Shown: piece by piece, positions 36,337 to 64,000 of the stretch
Numbering within the stretch: position 1 is the first letter of the stretch
Layout: each line of letters starts with the position of its first letter
From: Hormiphora californensis
Lineage: Eukaryota; Animalia; Ctenophora
Reading direction: 5' to 3'
DNA length: 64,000 nucleotides
NCBI GenBank assembly: GCA_020137815.1
Contig: CM035356.1
Location: 7,998,001 to 8,062,000 of the forward strand
Translations under genes and position numbers: made by a program
Notes under the pieces: generated by a model
Told to the model about the DNA's origin: nothing
The model's input: only the letters and a program-made list of their open reading frames with translations
The model's database searches: none

Positions 36337-39300
36337 GGTAATATACCAATTCTTGGTGTTCGAAGGAAATAGCGCTAATTAGCGATTTTAGGAGCGCTAA
36401 TTAGCGCTAATTAGCGCTAATTAGCGCTATTTAAGATTTCGATATTTATAAAAAGTGTAAGAAGCGCTAAAAATAGCGCTATTTTATAAAATAGCGCTAT
36501 TTGTGACCGCTAATTAGCGCTAATTAGCGGTCACAAATAGCGGTAATTAGCGGTAGCGCTATTTTAGCGCTTTTTGCACTTAAAAATAGCGCTATTTTAG
36601 TAGAAAAATAGCGGTTCTAAATTTTGTGTTAATTTCAAATTTGATAACACCGCTATTCAAATAGCGGTCCTAAAAATTTTGAAATAGCGCTATTTAAGAG
36701 ACATCGCTATTTGACGTATCTAAGCCATGATTGGTTGGCGTTGATCACGTGATTAAATAAATCCTTATGATTGGTCAAAATCTGTAACCGCTAATTAGCG
36801 CCATTTCTTAAAGATTAGCTATTTTTATTTACAAATTAGCGCTAATTAGCGCTATTAACAATATGAAAATACCGCTAACTAGCGCTAATAAGCGCTAAAT
36901 AGCGCTAAATAGCGCTAATTAGCGCTATCAACAATTTGTAAATAGCGCTAATTAGCGCTATTAATACAATATATGTATATTACTTTGTTAATAGCGCTAA
37001 TTAGTGCTAATTAGCGCTATTAACATTTTGCAAATAGCGCTAATTAGCGCTTATAAGTGCTAATAAGCGCTAACTAGCGCTATTTGAAAATTATTAATAG
37101 CGCTAATTAGCGCTTATAAGAACTATTAACATAATAGTAAACGTTTAAGTTGATAATAGCGCTAATAAGCGCTAATTAGCGCTATTAATAGTTTGCAATT
37201 AGCGCTAATTAGCGCCTATTAGCGCTAATAAGCGCTAACTAGCGCTATTTGCAAATTATTAATAGCGCTAATTAGCGCTATTTAGCGCATTTCACAAAAT
37301 AATGAATGTATATTTTGTTAATAGCGCTGATCAGCGCTATAGACAATTTAAAATTAGCGCTAATAAGCGCTATTTCCATATTATAAATAGCGCTAATTAG
37401 CGCTAATTAGCGCTATTATCAACTTAAACGTTAACTATTTTATTAATAGCGCTAAAAAGCGCTAATTAGCGCTATTAATATTCTGCAAATATCGCTAGTT
37501 AGCGCTAATTAGCGCTAATAAGCGCTAATTAGCGCTATTTCCATATTATTAATAGCGCTAATTAGCGCTAATTAGCGATATTATCAACTTACACTTAAAC
37601 TATTTCATTAATAGCGCTAATAAGCGCTAGTTAGCGCTATTAATATTCTGCAAATAGCGCTAGTTAGCGCTAATTAGCGCTAATTAGCGCTAATTAGCGC
37701 TAATTAGCGCTTTTTTCATATTATTAATAACGCTAATTAGCGCTAGTTAGCGCTATTATCAACTTATACTTTAACTATTTTATTAATAGCGCTAATAAGC
37801 GCTAATTAGCGCTATTAATATTCTGCAAATAGCGCTAGTTAGCGCTAATTAGCGCTAATAAGCGCTAATTAGCGCTATTTCCATATTAATAATAGCGCTA
37901 ATTAGCGCTAATTAGCGCTATTAATAAAATAGTTAAAATATAAGTTGATAATAGCGCTAACTAGCGCTAATTAGCGCTATTAATAATATGAAAATAGCGC
38001 TAATTAGCGCTAATTAGCGCTAACTAGCGCTATTTCCATATTAATAATAGCGCTGATTAGCGCTAATTAGCGCTATTATCAACTTATACTTTAACTATTT
38101 TATTAATAGCGCTAATAAGCGCTAATTAGCGCTATTAATATTCTGCAAATAGCGCTAGTTAGCGCTAATTAGCGCTAATAAGCGATAATTAGCGCTATTT
38201 CCATATTAATAATAGCGCTGATTAGCGCTAATTAGCGCTATTATCAACTTACACTATAACTATTTTATTATTAGCGCTAATAAGCGCTAATTAGCGCTAT
38301 TAATATTATGTAAATAGCGCTAGTTAGCGCTAATTAGCGCTAATAAGCGCTAATTAGCGCTATTTCCATATTAATAATAGCGCTAATTAGCGCTATTATC
38401 AACTTATACTTTAAATATTTTATTAATAGCGCTAATAAGCGCTAATTAGCGCTATTAATATTCTGCAAATAGCGCTAGTTAGCGCTAATAAGCGCTAATT
38501 AGCGCTATTTCCATATTAATAATAGCGCTAATTAGCGCTATTATCAACTTATACTTTAACTATTTTATTAATAGCGCTAATAAGCGCTAATTAGCGCTAT
38601 TAATATTCTGCAAATAGCGTTAGTTAGCGCTAATTAGCGCTAATAAGCGCTAATTAGCGCTATTTCCATATTAATAATAGCGCTAATTAGCGCTAATTAG
38701 CGCTATTATCAACTTAAACTTTAACTATTTTATTAATAGCGCTTATTAGCGCTAATAAGCGCTATAGTCGAATTTTTTATTTAATATATACTCCATTTTT
38801 TTTCAACTGTTCACCCCCAAAGTCGTGTGCGGAATTGTTTTGCGCGTTTATCACATGTTAATGTATAATGTCCTTTTTTTCAACTGTTCACCCCCCTAAG
38901 TCGTGTGCGGAATTGTTTTGCGCGTTTATCACATGTTAACGTGTAGCGCGCGCAGCGTAAATTAAAATATCGCACCAATGGCACCAAGAAAAAGTCGCTA
39001 TACTCCATTTTTTTCAACTGTTCACCCCCCAAAGTCGTGTGCGGAATTGTTTTGCGCGTTTATCACATGTTAACGTGTAGCGCGCGCAGCGTAAATTATT
39101 ATATTGCACGAGTTGAGGGGTGAACAGTTGATTAAAAATGGACTTAACGCGCAAAAAAATGCGCACCACACCAATTTCGTTTTTCAAAATAGCACGCTAT
39201 TTGCAAAATATTAATAGCGCTAATTAACGCTTATTAGCGCTATTAATAAAATATTAAACTTTTAAGTTGATAATAGCGCTAATTAGCGCTAATTAGCGCT

Positions 39301-42300
39301 ATTAATATTTTGCAAATAGCGCTAATTAGCGCTAAATAGCGCTTATTAGCGCTAATAAGCGCTATTTGCAAAATATTAATAGCGCTAATTAGCGCTTATT
39401 AGCGCTATTAATAAAATAATAAACTTTTAAGTTGATAATAGCGCTAATTAGCGCTAATTAGCGCTATTAATATATTCCAAATAGCGCTAAATAGCGCTAT
39501 TAATAAAATAGTAAATGTTAAAGTTAATAATAGCGCTAATAAGCGCTAATTAGCGCTATTAATAATTTGCAAATAGCGCTAATTAGCGCTAATTGGCACT
39601 AATTAGCGCTTATTAGCGCTATTTGCAAAATATTAATAGCGCTAATTAGCGCTTATTAGCGCTATTAATAAAATCATCAACGTTTAAGTTGATAATAGCG
39701 CTAATTAGCGCTAATTAGCGCTATTAATAAATTCCAAATAGCGCTAATTAGCGCTAATTAGCGCTAATTAGCGCTAATAAGCGCTATTTGCAAAATATTA
39801 ATAGCGCTAATTAGCGCTTATTAGCGCTATTAATAAAATAATAAACTTTTAAGTTGATAATAGAGCTAATTAGCGCTAATTAGCGCTATTAATATATTCC
39901 AAATAGCGCTAATTAGCGCTAAATAGCGCTTATTAGCGCTAATAAGCACTATTTGCAAAATATTAATAGCGCTAATTAGCGCTTATTAGCGCTATTTGCA
40001 AAATATTAATAGCGCTAATTAGCGCTTATTAGCGCTATTAATAAAATCATCAACGTTTAAGTTGATAATAGCGCTAATTAGCGCTAATTAGCGCTATTAA
40101 TAAATTCCAAATAGCGCTAATTAGCGCTAATTAGCGCTAATTAGCGCTAATAAGCGCTATTTGCAAAATATTAATAGCGCTAATTAGCGCTTATTAGCGC
40201 TATTAATAAAATAATAAACTTTTAAGTTGATAATAGAGCTAATTAGCGCTAATTAGCGCTATTAATATGGTAGAAGGGCCACGGCCCTTGAACACCGCCA
40301 CGTGGCGGTTTTAACCGCCACGTGGCCCCTGAACGTGGCGTCAATTCTCAGGACGTGGCGCCAATGAGCCTTTTTGGCGGTGTTCATGTGGCGTTAATAG
40401 TCGAAATTGGCGCTTCGAATTGGCGCTTTTCTTTTTTGGCCCCAGGGACGTGGCGTTGGCCCCAGGACGTGGCGTCAATTTTGAGAGGATGGCGCCAATG
40501 GATTTTTAGTCGATTTTAGCGCCACGTGGTTTTTAGAATTTTCGGTGTGGCGTCAATAATTGACGCCACATAATTGGCGCCACATAAACTCCGCCACATA
40601 AAAGCGCCAAAGTAATTATTAGCGCCATTTACATGGCGCTAATTGAGTTCTTACATGGCGATATATTTACATAATAAACATATAAACACAGCTCTTTTTT
40701 AACAGTTCAATCCTTGGGGCCTCTTTGGGTCTTTAGGGACTTCTACGGGCATTCAGGGATCTCTGGTGTCCTCTTGGGGCGTTTCAGGGGACTCTAGAGA
40801 ACTCTGATGGCTTTTTGGGGGCCTTGTGTGCTCATCTGGGGCTGCATGCGATCTTTCTGGGCTTTTGAGGGACTCTAATCGACTCTAGTGGCCTCTAGGG
40901 GTCTATTGGAGCCTTCTAGGGGGGGCTTTTAGGTGACTCTAGCGGCTCCTGGGGGTCCTAGGGGGTTTCTGACATCAGTTTATATGGCGCCAATTTACAT
41001 GGCGCCAAAAATTAGCGCCAAATGATAAGCCAAAAAAACAAATTGGCGATTCGATTTTTTCGGGTGTGGCGTCATCCGAAAGCGCCAAAAAATTTTGACA
41101 TCTCCGCCACTCAAAAATTGACGCCACGTCCTGGGGCCAACGCCACGTCCCTGGGGCCAAAAAAGAAAAGCGCCAATTCGAAGCGCCAATTTCGACTATT
41201 AACGCCACATGAACACCGCCAAAAAGGCTCATTGGCGCCACGTCCTGAGAATTGACGCCACGTTCAGGGGCCACGTGGCGGTTAAAACCGCCACGTGGCG
41301 GTGTTCAAGTGCCGTGGCCCTTCTACCATTAATATATTCCAAATAGCGCTAATTAGCGCTAAATAGCGCTTATTAGCGCTAATAAGCGCTATTTGCAAAA
41401 TATTAATAGCGCTAATTAGCGCTTATTAGCGCTATTAATAAAATAATAAACTTTTAAGTTGATAATAGCGCTAATTAGCGCTAATTAGCGCTATTAATAT
41501 ATTCCAAATAGCGCTAATTAGCGCTAAATAGCGCTTATTAGCGCTAATAAGCGCTATTTGCAAAATATTAATAGCGCTAATTAGCGCATATTAGCGCTAT
41601 TAATAAAATAATAAACTTTTAAGTTGATAATAGCGCTAATTAGCGCTAATTAGCGCTATTAATATATTCCAAATAGCGCTAATTAGCGCTAAATAGCGCT
41701 TATTAGTGCTAATAAGCGCTATTTGCAAAATATTAATAGCGCTAATTAGCGCTTATTAGCGCTATTAATAAAATAATCAACGTTTAAGTTGATAATAGCG
41801 CTAATTAGCGCTAATTAGCGCTAATTAGCGCTATTAATATTCCAAATAGCGCTAATTAGCGCTAAATAGCGCTTATTAGCGCTAATAAGCGCTATTTGCA
41901 AGATATTAATAGCGCTAATTAGCGCTAATTAGCGCTATTAATAAAATAGTAAATGTTAAAGTTAATAATAGCGCTAATAAGCGCTAATTAGCGCTATTAA
42001 TAATTTGCAAATAGCGCTAATTGGCGCTAATTAGCGCTTATTAGCGCTATTTGCAAAATATTAATAGTGCTAATTAGCGCTTATTATTATTATTAATATA
42101 TTAATAAAATAATCAACGTTTAAGTTGATAATAACGCTAATTAGCGCTAATTAGCGCTTTTAATAAATTCCAAATAGCGCTAATTAGCGCTAATTAGCGC
42201 TTATTAGCGCTATTTGCAAAATTATAATAGCGCTAATTAGCGCTAATTAGCGCTTTTATCAACTTAAACGTTGATTATTTTACTAACAGCGCTAATTAGC

Positions 42301-43732
42301 GCTAATTAGCGCTATTTATAATTTTCAATTAGCGCTAATTAGCACTTATTAGCAAAATATTAATAGCGCTAATAAGCGCTTATTAGCGCTATTAATAAAA
42401 TAGTCAACATTTAAGTTGATAATAGCGCTAATTAGCGCTTTTAATGTTTTGTAAGTAGCGCTACTTAGCGCTAATAAGCGCTAACTAGCGCTAACTAGCG
42501 CTATTTGAAAAATATTAATAGCGCTAATTAGCGCTTATTAGCGCTATTAATAAAATTATAAACGTTTAAGTTGATAATAGCGCTAATTAGCGCTAATTAG
42601 CGCTATTAATATATTCTAAATAGCGCTAATTTGCGCTTATTATCGCTTATTAGCGCTAATAAGCGCTATTTGCAAAATATTAATAGCGCTAACTAGCGCT
42701 AATTAGCGCTATTAATAAAATAGTAAATGTTTAAGTTGATAATATCGCTAAATAGCGCTAATTAGCGCTATTTATAATATGCAAATAGCGCTAATTAGCG
42801 CTTATTAGCGCTTATTAGCGCTAATTAGCGCTATTTGCAAAATATTAATAGCGCTAATTAGTGCTTATAAGCGCTATTAATAAAATAATCAATGTTTAAG
42901 TTAATAATAGCGCTAATTAGCGCTATTTAGCGCTATTAATATTTTGCAAATAGCGCTAATTAGCGCTAATTGGCGCTAATTAGCGCTATTTGCAAAATAT
43001 TAATAGCGCTAATTAGCGCTATTAATAAAATAGGAAATGTTTAAGTTGGTATTAGCGCTAATAAGCGCTAATTAGCGCTATTAATAATATGCAAATAGCG
43101 CTAGTTAGCGCTTATTAGCGCTTATTAGCGCTAACTAGCGCTATTTGCAAAATATTAATAGCGCTAATTAGTGCTAACTAGCGCTATTAACAAAATAATA
43201 AATGTTTAGGTTGATAATAGCGGTAATTAGCGCTAATTAGCGCTAATTAGCGATTATAAAAATAGCGCTAATTAGCGCTATTTTTCGTCACATGACAGGA
43301 TTTTTGTCACGTGACATACATTATCCAATCATAGCGTTTTCTATATTTTGATGAAATTGGAAATAGCGCTAATTAGCGGTTCGAACAAAATTAATTGAGA
43401 ATGTTAATAGCGCTAATTAGCGCTAATTAGCGCTGATTAGCGCTATTTTTGTAAGTGTTAATAGCGCTATTTTTTTAGAAAAATTGCCCGATTAGCGGTT
43501 ACAAAAAGCGCTAAAATAGCGCTACCGCTAATTACCGCTATTTTTGATCGCTAATTAGCGCTAATTAGCGGTCAAAAATAGCGCTATTTTGTGAAATAGC
43601 GCTATTATTAGCGCTATTAGCGCTATCGATAAATAGCGCTATCGCTAATTAGCGCTAATTAGCGCTAATTAGCGCTATTAAAACCGCTAATTAGCGCTAT
43701 TTCCTTCGAACACCAAGAATTGGTATATTACC
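36337..43732. mobile_element. 7.4-kb non-autonomous foldback element filled with self-complementary (TAGCGCTAAT)n satellite; Merlin-like ends
   Basis: TIR GGTAATATACCAATTCTTGGTGTTCGAAGGAAATAGCGCTAATTAGCG; 8-bp TSD AATTCAAC (36329-36336 / 43733-43740); no transposase ORF. Confidence 0.9.
40269..41327. mobile_element. 1.06-kb TIR element nested in the satellite element; Merlin-like ends
   Basis: ~220-bp TIRs beginning GGTAGAAGGGCCACGGC; 8-bp TSD ATTAATAT (40261-40268 / 41328-41335). Confidence 0.92.
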
Positions 43733-44633
43733 AATTCAACTAATATCTATCGGGTTGAATAATCGTATTTTGGTACCAGCTAAAGATTGACTAAACCGCG
43801 ATTCTATTCTGGCAGCGCCGAACCCGTTTGACAGGTTGCTCAGATCGGGTCGGCGCTGTCAGAGCATTGGACTGACCCTATTCTCATTTATTTCAAATAC
43901 GTAGCGTGAGAACTGTGGTCAGAGTATTGGCCTGACTTAGTCCCTTACTCAACAAGGCCTAATGTGTACTGTGAGGATACATATGCACATGAGTCTATGT
44001 TCACCAAGGTACCGACCCGATCTGAGCGCTCTGTCGACTCTAAACGGGGTGTGACGTCACCAGAAAGTATACTCCACAATATATTAGGACAAATATGTGA
44101 GTTGTCCGCGTTTATATTAGAAACCTCTAAGTATCTCTAAGTATCCCCAGGAATATAAACTTCAATTAATTAATTATTTATTTAACGTTAATTAGCAACG
44201 ACTAACAACCCGTATCGATAAAACTGCATCATTTCTCTCAAAAATACAAACACAAACGAAAACTGATATAAAATTATCGTCAAAGTCATCCATTTGGGAA
44301 AAAAAAAGAACTAAGATTCTTGGTTAGAGAGGTTCTTATAATCATGTAGCAAATGGGGGTATCAGTTTATAACTTAACGTTTCTTACACCGAAAAACTTC
44401 TGTACAGCCCCCTACTAGTACAAAATGGGATTCAAGGAAGCCCTAACCCGTCTTCATTCCGACATCTGTCTGGCGAAGGCCGGAGTAGATTAGATCTGAG
44501 AATGAGAACGGGATCGGCACTACCAGATCGACTCCACGAGTTTCACAATATTTCTACCAATACTCGAATAACTGTCTTTTGCTGATCTCCCTATTCCGGG
44601 GGGATAAGAATTGTCCCTAAATATATCACTCTC

Positions 44634-63268
<18,635 letters not shown>

Positions 63269-64000
63269 CTGAAAGAGAGGGGGGGGGGGGTTATTCTCGA
63301 GTAAAGATCGTCTATATCGGGACAGTGATATCATTACAGTGATATCATGCATTACAAAAGTTGGAATTCATTTTAAAGAATGAATGAGGGCGGGATGTTA
63401 AATGACCAATATCAATAGTGAGTCATGAGAATGTAGTGATTCGTTGAGTCAAATTTTTCAAGCCAGGAATTTTTGCCAAGATGTTCCACTCCCGGAAATG
63501 CTCCTTAATTGCCTCATTAAAACCCCAATTACTGACAAGAGAAATGTGACAGATAAAAAGTTCCTAAAATGCCTTGCGAAATATTTCATACCACGTCATG
63601 TTACTAAGTAATTCTACACCCCCAGTTACTACTGCAGAGTAGAAGGGTGGAGGAAGTTGAGAGGAATATTCTAAAAAGTTCTGTCTGTGACACCAATCAC
63701 CAAACCGCCATAAAATTGATGAATATTTACAGGTTGTTACATCTCAGGCAGTTAGTAAACGTCACACTTGCACCTGACGTAGAAACTGTACATTCCCATT
63801 TTAGTCTAGGAATATACGCTTCAGGGTTGAATGCTAACGAAAAACTTCAAAATAATAAAACTGATGAAACGTTTAAAGGCCCTCTGACCCGAAAATCAAT
63901 TTTCTGTTTTTGACTTATTATGAAATATTTCGAAATCACGATGGTCTGATTTTTATGTGGTGTAAATATGTTTTTTACACTCTGCATGCGGTGTGTTGTG

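Noticed and set aside
40322-41274. Twin ORFs MAPERGVNSQ... on opposite strands (likewise 17030-17257 / 22617-22940)
   Set aside because: They are by-products of inverted repeats and lack transposase motifs.
36337-43732. Repeat-spacer look of the decamer satellite as a CRISPR-like array
   Set aside because: The spacers are three recurring AT-rich sequences, not unique ones, and the region is bounded by TIRs and a TSD.

Overview
Intron-rich, repeat-rich animal genomic DNA. It is probably a ctenophore of the Pleurobrachia type; this is inferred from recalled repeat families, not from a search. Seven spliced genes were reconstructed by hand from GT-AG boundaries and reading phase: the 3' end of a BET (BRD2/3/4-like) gene (+), a divergent ornithine decarboxylase-like gene (-), PUF60/half-pint (+), an MFSD12-like transporter (+), a CHST8-14-family sulfotransferase (-), a DENND1/connecdenn-like gene (-, 5' end outside the window), and a Fos/ATF3-like bZIP gene (+) nested antisense in an 11.5-kb DENND1 intron. 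Mobile DNA includes an L2/CR1-type LINE and an RTE LINE, each inserted in one arm of a foldback element. There are also three GG-ended elements with 8-bp TSDs (Merlin-like; one is a 7.4-kb satellite-filled foldback with a second element nested inside), Helentron-like repeats and several MITE families. Three observations stand out. (1) A compact c-fos-like immediate-early promoter (CArG + CREs + AP-1 + CCAAT + TATA) lies in front of the nested Fos-like gene. (2) Minisatellites repeatedly amplify splice donors, branch points and acceptors, most heavily in the splicing factor PUF60. (3) Two unrelated non-coding elements share an asymmetric inverted repeat followed by a ~190-bp three-armed terminal hairpin.
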